Of a stretch of 64,000 bases of DNA, positions 43,757 through 52,775 are shown piece after piece. The notes beneath the pieces were generated by a model. That model was not told the DNA's origin and did no database searches. It worked only from the letters and a program-made list of their open reading frames with translations. Made by a program: the position numbers and the translations under genes. This DNA is from Deltaproteobacteria bacterium. Lineage in GTDB: Bacteria; JAMCPX01. Every line of letters starts with the position of its first letter. Position 1 is the first letter of the stretch. The DNA lies in assembly GCA_023382265.1 (NCBI GenBank), contig JAMCPX010000015.1, positions 748 through 64,747 of the forward strand, given 5' to 3'.

Positions 43757-44596
43757 ATGAGCAGATTTGAGGAAATAAAAGAAAGATTAAAACTTTTTAT
43801 AGAGGGAAAACATGCAAAAAAGTGCGGACTCGCACTTGGCGGGGGTGTTGCATGGGGCATTTCGCACATAGGGGTATTAGAAGCACTTGAGGAACTTGGA
43901 ATAAAGATCAATGCGATAGCAGGCACGTCAGCAGGAAGCCTTATTGCATCTTTGTACGCATTTGACGTCCCTATAAAAACCATAAAACAAGAGGCAATGA
44001 AACTTGGTATCTCCGATATTATAAAACTAAGGCTGCCAAGGATGGGGCTATCATCAAGTGAAGGCATAGGAGAGATCATTAAAAAAATTATTGGAGACGT
44101 AAAGATCGAGGATGCAAAGATTCCCTTATACATACCCTCGGTAAATCTGACCAATGGACAGGCAGAGGCTTTTGATAAAGGGAGCGTTGCTGATGCTGTA
44201 AGGGCGAGCAGCTCTATACCGGGTATTTATGTGCCGCTCGAAATAAATAAGCACTTATATGCCGACGGTTCATTGCTTGCGGATGTGCCTTGCGAGATTC
44301 TTAAAAGAAATGGTATGGATTTTGTTATAGGAGTTGAACTGATGGATGAGGAGGAATTCATGAAATCTCCAACGAATATTTTTGAGGTAATTATGAAGAG
44401 TATAAGAATAATGATCAATGAAACCCGGATGGAGAGGCTGAGGTTTGCCGATGTAATAATAAGACCCGGTGTTCATGGAATCGGACAGTTTGAATTTGAT
44501 AAGGCAGAGCATCTTATCAGAAGGGGTAAAGAAGCTGTTTCAGAGCACATAGAGTTTATAACAAAAAGCTTGAGTTATAATAAGGAGGCACAATGA
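43757..44596 (+). CDS. Patatin-like phospholipase
   Basis: 279 aa. GGGVAWG oxyanion motif, GTSAGS (GxSxG), and DGS catalytic Asp. Confidence 0.88.
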   Translation: MSRFEEIKERLKLFIEGKHAKKCGLALGGGVAWGISHIGVLEALEELGIKINAIAGTSAGSLIASLYAFDVPIKTIKQEAMKLGISDIIKLRLPRMGLSSSEGIGEIIKKIIGDVKIEDAKIPLYIPSVNLTNGQAEAFDKGSVADAVRASSSIPGIYVPLEINKHLYADGSLLADVPCEILKRNGMDFVIGVELMDEEEFMKSPTNIFEVIMKSIRIMINETRMERLRFADVIIRPGVHGIGQFEFDKAEHLIRRGKEAVSEHIEFITKSLSYNKEAQ

Positions 44597-46098
44597 CAGA
44601 GCACATTGCATCTATAAATCCGTCAACACTAAAACCCATTGACAATGTTGACGTAACAACGAAGGAAGAGCTGCTGGAGATTGTTCAAAAGGCAAGAAAA
44701 GCCCAAAAGGCGTGGGAGGCTATCGGGTTTGACGGCAGGAAGCCTTTTTTTAATCGGCTTTCATCGTACCTGCTGGATCATTATGAGGAGGTTGCAAGGT
44801 TTATCTCTCAGGAAAATGGCAAACCGTATCTTGAAGCCATACTCGCAGAGGTCTATCCCTCTATAGATGTTGTAAATTTTTATTCAAAAAGGGCAAAGAA
44901 ACTGCTTTCCGATAAAAAGATCCCGATCAGGATTTTCAAATTCATGGGTAAAAAAAGCTATATCATGTATAAATCAGTAGGTGTTATCGGCATTATAAGT
45001 CCATGGAATTATCCATTTGCAATACCATTTTCAGAGATCATCATGGCACTTGTTGCCGGTAATACGGTCATACTTAAACCGTCCGAACTAACACCTTTGA
45101 TAGGTAAAAAGATAAAAGAGCTTCTTGATACAGCAGGATTTCCTGATGGTGTATTCTCTATTGTTTACGGGGACGGTAAGATCGGGGCAGAGCTTGTTAA
45201 GGCAGATCTGTCAAAGATCATTTTTACGGGCAGTGTAGCAACAGGCAGAAGGATCATGGCCGCTGCAGCCGAGAATCTTATTCCCGTTGTACTTGAGCTT
45301 GGAGGTAAGGATCCGATGATCGTATTAAAAGATGCCGACCTTGATATGTCTGCAAGGGGTGCTGTCTGGTCAGGGTTTATGAATTCCGGACAGACATGCG
45401 CATCTGTTGAAAGGGTTTATGTTGATGAAAGTATAAAGGATAGATTTGTTGAACTCGTAATAAAACATACTGGTGAAATAAGACAGGGTGATAAGCTTGA
45501 AAATGAAAGTACTGATATGGGTCCTATGATAGACCATAGGCAGCTATCAATCGTAGAGAATCATGTTAAGGACGCTGAATCAAAGGGTGCAAAGGTCTTA
45601 ACAGGCGGGAATAGACCAACTAATCTTAATGGATATTTTTACAAGCCGACAGTGCTTGTCAATGTTGATCATTCCATGCAGATCATGACAGAAGAGACAT
45701 TCGGTCCTGTGCTGCCTATTATGGGGTTTAAAACGGAAGAGGATGCCATTAAGCTTGCGAATGATTCAAGGTACGCGCTTACCGCAAGTGTCTGGTCAAA
45801 GGATATAAAAAGGGCAGAGGCAATAGCAAGACAGCTTGTTGCGGGAACAGTAACAATAAACGACCATATAATGACTTATGGTATACCTGAAACGCCATGG
45901 GGAGGCTCAAAAGAATCGGGGTTCGGCAGGACACATTCAGATATAGGGCTAATGGAGTTTGTAGAACCCATTCATATCCATGTTGACAGGGCATGGATTA
46001 AGAAGAAACCGTGGTGGTATCCTTATGATCGGAAAACATTACTATTCCTAAAAGTTATGATCTGGTTCACAAAAAGGGCTAAATTCCTGGTAAGCTAA
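44593..46098 (+). CDS. NAD(P)-dependent aldehyde dehydrogenase
   Basis: 501 aa. LELGGKDP and GQTCASVER catalytic-Cys motif, plus EETFGPV. 4-nt overlap with the patatin gene. Confidence 0.9.
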   Translation: MTEHIASINPSTLKPIDNVDVTTKEELLEIVQKARKAQKAWEAIGFDGRKPFFNRLSSYLLDHYEEVARFISQENGKPYLEAILAEVYPSIDVVNFYSKRAKKLLSDKKIPIRIFKFMGKKSYIMYKSVGVIGIISPWNYPFAIPFSEIIMALVAGNTVILKPSELTPLIGKKIKELLDTAGFPDGVFSIVYGDGKIGAELVKADLSKIIFTGSVATGRRIMAAAAENLIPVVLELGGKDPMIVLKDADLDMSARGAVWSGFMNSGQTCASVERVYVDESIKDRFVELVIKHTGEIRQGDKLENESTDMGPMIDHRQLSIVENHVKDAESKGAKVLTGGNRPTNLNGYFYKPTVLVNVDHSMQIMTEETFGPVLPIMGFKTEEDAIKLANDSRYALTASVWSKDIKRAEAIARQLVAGTVTINDHIMTYGIPETPWGGSKESGFGRTHSDIGLMEFVEPIHIHVDRAWIKKKPWWYPYDRKTLLFLKVMIWFTKRAKFLVS

Positions 46099-46297
46099 TA
46101 ATCGACTAAAAAGCTATCTTGTTATCCTTCGCTCCTGTCTTTAACAGGGTATACTACTGCCATTTCACTTGGCTATCACAAAAAAAATATATTTATAGAA
46201 AGTTTGGTAAGTATTTGGTATGAGGAGTTTATGGATGAATATCTCTTTAAACAAGTATCAGGATTGATTGAACGGATTTAAAAGCTCGAAGAGGCTT

Positions 46298-46754
46298 ATG
46301 TCCAATAATAACAACATAATCTTTTCATCAATTAAGGACAACCATAACCGAGGTTCAGTCGGCCAATTTCTTATTGACAACATCAAGTCGAAATCAGACT
46401 TGTCGATTGTTTCGGCATACTTTACCATTTACGCTTACAACCAACTTAAAGGACAACTTGATAATATAAATCATCTCAATTTTCTTTTTGGGAACCAACT
46501 TTTATCAAAGCTTTAGACCCGAGCAAGACTAACAAACGAGATTTAAAATTGAAGATGATAAAATTGTAATTCCAATTCAAAGCCGATTGACACAGAAAGC
46601 CATCGCAAAGAAATGTGCGTAATGGATTCAGCAAAAAGTGGATATCAAGTCAATGGTAAAGCCAAACTTTCTGCATGGGGAAATGTATCATATTACTCAA
46701 AAAAGCGGAGTAGAGAAAGCAATAGTTGGAAGTTCAAAGTTTATAGTGAATTAA
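46298..46754 (+). pseudogene. Decayed N-terminal fragment of a PLD-nuclease/helicase-type defence gene
   Basis: MSNNNN..GSVGQFLIDNIK..LSIVSAYFTIYAY..LNFLFG. The reading continues only after two 1-nt frameshifts (about 46493 and about 46545). In-frame TAA at 46619-46621. HxK motif mutated (FLHGEMYH). Ends at IVGSSKFIVN with no helicase part. Confidence 0.7.
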
Positions 46755-46929
46755 ATCCATTTTTAAAAGACAAATTTAATTATACTTTATTCTATCATAC
46801 TGACTCAAGTTCCAAGCAGGCGTTATGTACTGATAAAGACAGGCGGTTCTATGCCTTGGTAGTCCTTAAGGACCACCGACCTTGATGTTAAAATAGTGTT
46901 ATAAAATGTTGTTTGTCATTTTCGATACA

Positions 46930-47721
46930 TCACTTTATAAGCCTTTTGCGGATTAGCTTGTACGCAATAATAGCCATTGGAATACTTATCATTCCTGTGA
47001 TTGATGATAGTATAAAGGTATGGGTATTAAAAATCCCTGAGTTTAGATCCCTTACACAGATTACCATTGGAACAAGAGGAGTATAGTTTGCAATCTTACC
47101 TATCAAATGAGGGAGTGTATTTATTGGAAAGAATATACCTGAAAATAAAAATAGAGGTGTCAGAACAAGCGTAAAAAAGTAATTAAAAAACTCGTACGAA
47201 TGCGCAATGCCAACAAATATAATGGATAGCGCAGAAAAGAACAAGCCGTCTGCAATTACAATCCATAGGGATAATAGAAACAGCCATGAGTGTATCAATC
47301 CCATTAAACCCATTATCGTGATAAAGAATATGCTGCTAATGAGACCTTTTATCATACCCCATATAATTTCTCCAGCTACTATCTCCGATAGATTTACGGG
47401 TGTAATCATTATTGACTCATAAGTTTTTTGTGTGATCATCCGTGTATAACTTGAAATGGTAGATTCAAAGCTTGCAGCATACATTGTGGATGAGAGTATA
47501 AGACCCGGCGCAAGAAAATCTATATACCTCATTCCGTTTACCTTGTGCACAAGTTTACCCATGCCAAAACCCATTAAAACAAGATAAATCAAAGGTTCTC
47601 CAAGATTGGCAACAAGACTTGGCTTTAAAAATTTTGTCCAAACCAGAAAGTTCCTATAAATTATCCTATAGATCAATCTAATACTTATCATGAGAAATAC
47701 TTTATGCTTAAATCTGTTCAA
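46930..47721 (-). CDS. ABC-2 type transporter permease (NodJ-like), no cognate ATPase adjacent
   Basis: 263 aa, six predicted TM helices, typical ABC-2 length and pattern. Confidence 0.75.
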   Translation of the reverse strand: MNRFKHKVFLMISIRLIYRIIYRNFLVWTKFLKPSLVANLGEPLIYLVLMGFGMGKLVHKVNGMRYIDFLAPGLILSSTMYAASFESTISSYTRMITQKTYESIMITPVNLSEIVAGEIIWGMIKGLISSIFFITIMGLMGLIHSWLFLLSLWIVIADGLFFSALSIIFVGIAHSYEFFNYFFTLVLTPLFLFSGIFFPINTLPHLIGKIANYTPLVPMVICVRDLNSGIFNTHTFILSSITGMISIPMAIIAYKLIRKRLIK

Positions 47722-47823
47722 CTTACAATATTTTTAAAATTGTTGTTCTTATACCAGATTTGACAAGCCGAATAAATTCTTATAGCTTTTAATAAAAAAT
47801 GTAAGTAATACTATTTCTATTCT

Positions 47824-49218
47824 ATGAAGATGCTATTTATAATTCCTCAGTTTTTATCGGGCGGATCACGGTATACACATGCACCCCAAGTAATTCCTTA
47901 TCTTGGTATAGCTTACATGTCTGCTGTTATTAAACAAAACGGCTATGAAGTTTATATTATAGATGCCATTGCAGAAAGACTGTCCAAAAAAAATTTAATG
48001 GAAAGAATAAAAGAGATAAACCCCGATGTCGTAGGTTTAACAGCACCAACACAACAGATATATGATGCGTATGAGATTGCGAGCATTGTTAAATCAATAT
48101 CATCACGCACTATAACCGTTATTGGGGGTTATCATGCAAGCGCTTTACCGGAACAAACACTGAAGGATTTTGATAGCTTCGATTATCTTATTCACGGTGA
48201 AGGTGAGTACGCGTTATTGGAGCTATTGAATGCGATTTCCAAAAATAATATTGAGCAGTTAAAGACTATAGATGGGCTTGCATACAGGGAAGGCGATAAT
48301 GTAATAGTGAATTTACATAACAATTACATTGATTTAAACACACTGCCGATGCCAGATTTTAATGAATTCAAACTGGAAATATACAAACCATTTTACACGT
48401 TCATAAGCCATGATTTAAGGGAGTTACCCATAATGACATCACGGGGATGCCCATATGATTGCGTTTTTTGCTATAGATCCGGCGGTGATATAGTAAGGTA
48501 CAGGGACATAGAATCCGTGATTGAAGAGATAAAGCGAGATATCGATGTTTACGGAGTTAACCAGATCCTTTTTGTTGATGAAACATTTACATTAAATATG
48601 AAAAGGACATCTGCGATTTGCGATAGGCTTATAGAGACAGGATTAAGCAAAAGGATAGAATGGGGATGTGAGACAAGGGTAGATGTTGTTAATAAGGAAT
48701 TGCTCGTAAAGATGAGGAGGGCAGGATGCAGGGTAATTTCTTATGGTATAGAATCGGGGGCTCAGGAGATACTCGATAAGGCAACAAAGGGTTTAAAGAT
48801 CGAGGATATAGAGAAGGCGGTTCAATGGACAAAAGAAGCGGACATACAGATATATGCGAATTTTATTATAGGACTTCCTTATGATACCGAAGAAACAATA
48901 AAAAAGACTATTCGTTTTTCAATAGGGCTGGACCCGGACGCGGCATCTTTTTCGATTCTCACACCATTCCCCGGCACCGGATTAATAGATATGGTAAAAA
49001 AAGGGGAGGGCGGTCTTAAAATAATTTCTTATGATTGGAGAGATTACGGCAAACAGGTCGGGAAATCTCTGGAGCTTAATAATATAAGCAGGAGAAAGCT
49101 CGAGGCTCTTCAACGTAAGGCATATATGAGGTTCTATATAAGACCAAAAAAGTTTATAAATCTATTCAAAATCATCGGGCTGAAAACGTTTATTAAATAT
49201 CTTTTGGATTTTATATGA
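47824..49218 (+). CDS. Cobalamin-binding (class B) radical SAM protein
   Basis: 464 aa. N-terminal B12-binding Rossmann-like half (YLGIAYMSAVIKQNGYEVYIIDA), then SRGCPYDCVFC (CX3CX2C). Confidence 0.85.
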   Translation: MKMLFIIPQFLSGGSRYTHAPQVIPYLGIAYMSAVIKQNGYEVYIIDAIAERLSKKNLMERIKEINPDVVGLTAPTQQIYDAYEIASIVKSISSRTITVIGGYHASALPEQTLKDFDSFDYLIHGEGEYALLELLNAISKNNIEQLKTIDGLAYREGDNVIVNLHNNYIDLNTLPMPDFNEFKLEIYKPFYTFISHDLRELPIMTSRGCPYDCVFCYRSGGDIVRYRDIESVIEEIKRDIDVYGVNQILFVDETFTLNMKRTSAICDRLIETGLSKRIEWGCETRVDVVNKELLVKMRRAGCRVISYGIESGAQEILDKATKGLKIEDIEKAVQWTKEADIQIYANFIIGLPYDTEETIKKTIRFSIGLDPDAASFSILTPFPGTGLIDMVKKGEGGLKIISYDWRDYGKQVGKSLELNNISRRKLEALQRKAYMRFYIRPKKFINLFKIIGLKTFIKYLLDFI

Positions 49219-49227
49219 TTGTTAAAC

Positions 49228-49268
49228 AAAAAATGCAATACTCAATCACCCTCGCATCGCGAGGGGGG
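49228..49268. repeat. AAAAATGCAATA-family element (copy 4) with a GC hairpin
   Basis: AAAAAATGCAATACTCAATCA CCCTCGC-atc-GCGAGGG, followed by ACCATCCTCC as seen beside the CCTCC hairpins. Confidence 0.55.
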
Positions 49269-49368
49269 TTCAACCATCCTCCGTTCAGGATTAGTTGCCT
49301 TACATTGATCTTGAATATCTATTACATCTATGTTTTAAATATCGAATATCATATTTTAAAGGAGCGAG

Positions 49369-50544
49369 ATGTTTTATATAGCGAGTGAAGAAGATATAAA
49401 GAAAGGCAGGGTTACTGATGTATATTTTGAAAGAGCTAATATCATACTTAATGCAAAAGGTCTTTCAAAACAAGTATCAATGGAAATAAGAACGAAAGGC
49501 TTACCCCTTAATATGGAATGGGGTATTTTTTCGGGAATAGAAGAGGTAATAGAGCTTTTGAAAGATAAACCTGTCGACGTGAGGGCAATACCGGAAGGAA
49601 GTATTTTTGGTGCATTTGAGCCTGTTATAGAGGTAGAAGGGAATTATACAGACTTTGGTATTTACGAAACAGAAATCCTTGGTTTAATATGCCAGTCAAG
49701 CGGTATTGCCACTAATGCTGCAAGGGTTAAACTTGCTGCGGATAATAAACCCGTATATAGCTTTGGTGCAAGACGTACACATCCGGCAATAGGACCAATG
49801 GTTGAAAGAAGTGCATATATAGGCGGGTGTGATGGGGTTGCCTCCGTTTTAAGCGCCAGCAAAATAGGTATAAAACCTGTAGGTACCATACCGCATGCAC
49901 TGATCATACTTGTAGGGGACACTATAAAATCAACTGTATATTTTGATGAATTAATAGACAAAAATGTTCCAAGACTCATTTTGATCGACACGTTCAATGA
50001 TGAAAAGTTTGAAGCCATAAAGGTAGCAGAGGCTTTAAAAGATAAATTATACGCAATAAGATTTGACACCCCGGGCTCAAGAAGGGGTAATATGAAACAG
50101 CTTATAAATGAGGTAAAATGGGAGCTCGCGATTCGCGGCTATAAAGATATAAAGATCATGGTTAGCGGCGGGCTTGATGAAAACAAAATAAAAGAAATTG
50201 TAGAAGTTGTTGATCTGTTTGGAGTTGGCACTTATATATCAAATTCTCCCGTTATAGATTTTGCTATGGACATAGTTGCAATAGAGCAAAAGCCTATTGC
50301 CAAGAGAGGAAAGGAATCGGGGAGAAAAACACTTTTAAAATGTAAACAATGCGGTTCTCGTTTTGTTTCTCTATTTCCATCAAATGACACAAGGTGCAGG
50401 TCATGTGGTGGAGGACTTGAAGAACTCATGAAACCTGTTATAAAGAATGGCAGGGTATTGATAGACATGCCGTCCAATACACAGATAAGGAATTATGTAA
50501 TAGAACAAATAAAAAATTTAAAAAATATTGAGGAGGTTAAATGA
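49369..50544 (+). CDS. Nicotinate phosphoribosyltransferase (archaeal-type) with a C-terminal zinc-ribbon
   Basis: 391 aa. N-terminal ..VTDVYFERA.., type-II PRTase core, CKQCGSRF...CRSCGG. Confidence 0.8.
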   Translation: MFYIASEEDIKKGRVTDVYFERANIILNAKGLSKQVSMEIRTKGLPLNMEWGIFSGIEEVIELLKDKPVDVRAIPEGSIFGAFEPVIEVEGNYTDFGIYETEILGLICQSSGIATNAARVKLAADNKPVYSFGARRTHPAIGPMVERSAYIGGCDGVASVLSASKIGIKPVGTIPHALIILVGDTIKSTVYFDELIDKNVPRLILIDTFNDEKFEAIKVAEALKDKLYAIRFDTPGSRRGNMKQLINEVKWELAIRGYKDIKIMVSGGLDENKIKEIVEVVDLFGVGTYISNSPVIDFAMDIVAIEQKPIAKRGKESGRKTLLKCKQCGSRFVSLFPSNDTRCRSCGGGLEELMKPVIKNGRVLIDMPSNTQIRNYVIEQIKNLKNIEEVK

Positions 50545-51647
50545 AGGTTACGATATCAGCTATAAAGGCAGATATAGGCAGTATAGGTGGACATATTAAA
50601 CCGAGCAGGAGTATAATAGACCGGGTTAAGGAGTATATCAGGTCGGAAGGCAGCGGAACTGTTATTGATTCCTACATCTCTTATACAGGGGATGATATTG
50701 CTATATTAATGACCCATGAACAGGGAATAGGCAGTGATAAGATACACAGGCTTGCTTGGAATGCATTTAAAGAAGGTACCGAAGTTGCAAAAGAACAGGG
50801 ATTATACGGGGCAGGACAGGATCTATTAAAATCAGCATTTTCGGGTAATGTGAAAGGTCTTGGACCTGCTGTCGCAGAGATGGAAATAGAAGAAAGAAAG
50901 GCGGAGCCGTTCTTGTTTTTTGCGGCAGATAAAACAGATCCTGGAGCATACAATTTGCCTCTTTATCTTTCTTTTATAGACCCCATGTATTGTTCGGGAC
51001 TTATACTAAATCCTGTGTTAAGCAAAGGGTTTAAATTTGTAATAATGGATGTAGAGCACATAAAGGCGGACAGAGTAATTGAACTTGAAACACCGGAAGA
51101 GATATACAGCATTGCAGCTCTCCTCAGGGACAATCAGAGGTTTGTTGTAGAAGCCGTATATTCGCGTTACGATGGTACTCAGGCTGCATCGGTTAGTACA
51201 ACAAGGTTGCACAATATAGCAGGGACTTATACAGGCAAAGATGATCCAATAATGCTTGTTCGTGTGCAGGGTAATTTTCCGGCAACAGGGGAGGTGCTGT
51301 CACCTTTCAGTATAGGGCATTATGTTGCAGGTTTTATGAGAGGCAGTCATAATGGTCCTCTTATGCCTGTTAAACACAATACGCCTACATCATTTTTTGA
51401 CGGGCCCCCAATGGTTTCATGCCATGCATTTTCGGTAAGAAACGGTAAGCTTACAGAGTCGGTTGATGTTTTTGATCACCCATTCTGGGATTATATAAGG
51501 GATCACGTTTCTCAAAAGGCATTAGAGATTAGGAGACAGGGTTTTTCCGGTCCGGCGATGCTGCATTACAGCGAACTTGAGTATGGCGGTATTGTTGAAA
51601 CAATGAAGAGACTGGACAAGAGGTTTCAGCTTAGAAAAAAGAAGTGA
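50541..51647 (+). CDS. fbp: Bifunctional fructose-1,6-bisphosphate aldolase/phosphatase (class V FBPase)
   Basis: 368 aa. N-terminal MKVTISAIKADIGSIGGH signature and typical length. 4-nt overlap with the upstream gene. Confidence 0.9.
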   Translation: MKVTISAIKADIGSIGGHIKPSRSIIDRVKEYIRSEGSGTVIDSYISYTGDDIAILMTHEQGIGSDKIHRLAWNAFKEGTEVAKEQGLYGAGQDLLKSAFSGNVKGLGPAVAEMEIEERKAEPFLFFAADKTDPGAYNLPLYLSFIDPMYCSGLILNPVLSKGFKFVIMDVEHIKADRVIELETPEEIYSIAALLRDNQRFVVEAVYSRYDGTQAASVSTTRLHNIAGTYTGKDDPIMLVRVQGNFPATGEVLSPFSIGHYVAGFMRGSHNGPLMPVKHNTPTSFFDGPPMVSCHAFSVRNGKLTESVDVFDHPFWDYIRDHVSQKALEIRRQGFSGPAMLHYSELEYGGIVETMKRLDKRFQLRKKK

Positions 51648-51731
51648 GCGCAAATAGTTTAACGGATTTTCTTACCAACTTGATATTTAATGATTTTATA
51701 AGTATATTAAATATCAGGGAAAGGAGAATGC

Positions 51732-52028
51732 ATGGCTACAGTAACAAAGGAAGATGTTCTTAATGCTCTCAGGACGGTTATGGATCCCGAGGTTGGAATG
51801 GATGTAGTAACGCTCGGACTTATAAGAAAAGTGGATATAGATGATAGCAATAATATCAATGTTGACATGATCATGACCGTACCGGGGTGTCCTCTAGTAG
51901 ATTACCTGTTAATGAGTGTTGAATCAAAAATTAAAGATATAGAAGGTGTAGGAGATGTAAACGTAATGCTTCTTGATGAGCAGTGGACACCTCCATGGGC
52001 TGATACGAATCAAGAAACAAAAATATAA
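51732..52028 (+). CDS. DUF59/MIP18-family Fe-S assembly protein (SufT-like)
   Basis: 98 aa. VMDPEVGMDVVTLGLI and TVPGCPL motifs. Confidence 0.8.
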   Translation: MATVTKEDVLNALRTVMDPEVGMDVVTLGLIRKVDIDDSNNINVDMIMTVPGCPLVDYLLMSVESKIKDIEGVGDVNVMLLDEQWTPPWADTNQETKI

Positions 52029-52042
52029 ATAAAGGTCAAAAT

Positions 52043-52486
52043 ATGAGGATATCTTCAAAGGCAAGGTATGGCGTAAGGGCAATGGCGAGGCTGTATACCG
52101 AATACGACAATGAACCGGTATCCCTTAAAGCGATTGCAAAGATAGAAATGATAGATGAAGCTTATCTTGCACAGCTGCTGTTAAAATTCAAGAATGCAGC
52201 TTTGATAACAACAGCGAGAGGCAAAGGCGGAGGTTATGTTCCATTAAAGGATGCAGAAGATATTACTCTCATAGATATGCTAAAGGCAGTAGAAGAAGAG
52301 ATTATCCCACTGGAATGCTTTGTTAATACAAGTATTTGTCCATTGACTGATAACTGTTTTACCAAGGACTTCTGGTATACTCTTAAGCAGCAAATAGAAG
52401 AGGCACTGTCTGGAATAACCCTTAAGTCCATCCTTGTAAAACATACCGAATCTGCAAGCCAAAAAAAATTACAGAGCTTGATCTAA
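52043..52486 (+). CDS. Rrf2-family transcriptional regulator (IscR-like, three Cys ligands)
   Basis: 147 aa. MRISSKARYGVRAM wHTH start; CFVNTSICPLTDNC. Confidence 0.85.
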   Translation: MRISSKARYGVRAMARLYTEYDNEPVSLKAIAKIEMIDEAYLAQLLLKFKNAALITTARGKGGGYVPLKDAEDITLIDMLKAVEEEIIPLECFVNTSICPLTDNCFTKDFWYTLKQQIEEALSGITLKSILVKHTESASQKKLQSLI

Positions 52487-52491
52487 AAGCT

Positions 52492-52719
52492 TTAAGGTTC
52501 TGTAGGCAATCCTTTATATGCCTGTTTTGTATCCTGGTTGATTCTCCGCGCTACATTTTTTCCAATCCCTGTTGTATACTGTTCTACCTTTTTTGTGTTG
52601 CTGTTGTTTATCGCCTGAATTCTTCGGGATACGGTACTTTTCTTACCTGCTACATCCTTTATAAAGACTATCGCAAGTATTATAACTCCAATTATTATTA
52701 TCCATTTGAGCAGCTTCAT
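52492..52719 (-). CDS. Small membrane protein, hypothetical
   Basis: 75 aa. One N-terminal TM helix and a basic tail. Confidence 0.4.
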   Translation of the reverse strand: MKLLKWIIIIGVIILAIVFIKDVAGKKSTVSRRIQAINNSNTKKVEQYTTGIGKNVARRINQDTKQAYKGLPTEP

Positions 52720-52775
52720 ACATAAATTATATGCATTTTATAAAAAAAGTCCATTTCTTTAAATGCATCTTAGGG

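Noticed and set aside
43744-44154. 136-aa ORF on the minus strand.
   Set aside because: It is antisense to the patatin-like phospholipase gene, whose GGGxxG/GxSxG motifs confirm the plus-strand frame.
46613-46885. 90-aa ORF listed on the plus strand.
   Set aside because: Its first half is just an off-frame read-through of the PLD-domain pseudogene region, and the rest has no coding signal.
49662-50069. 135-aa ORF on the minus strand.
   Set aside because: It is antisense to the NAPRTase gene and has no supporting signal.
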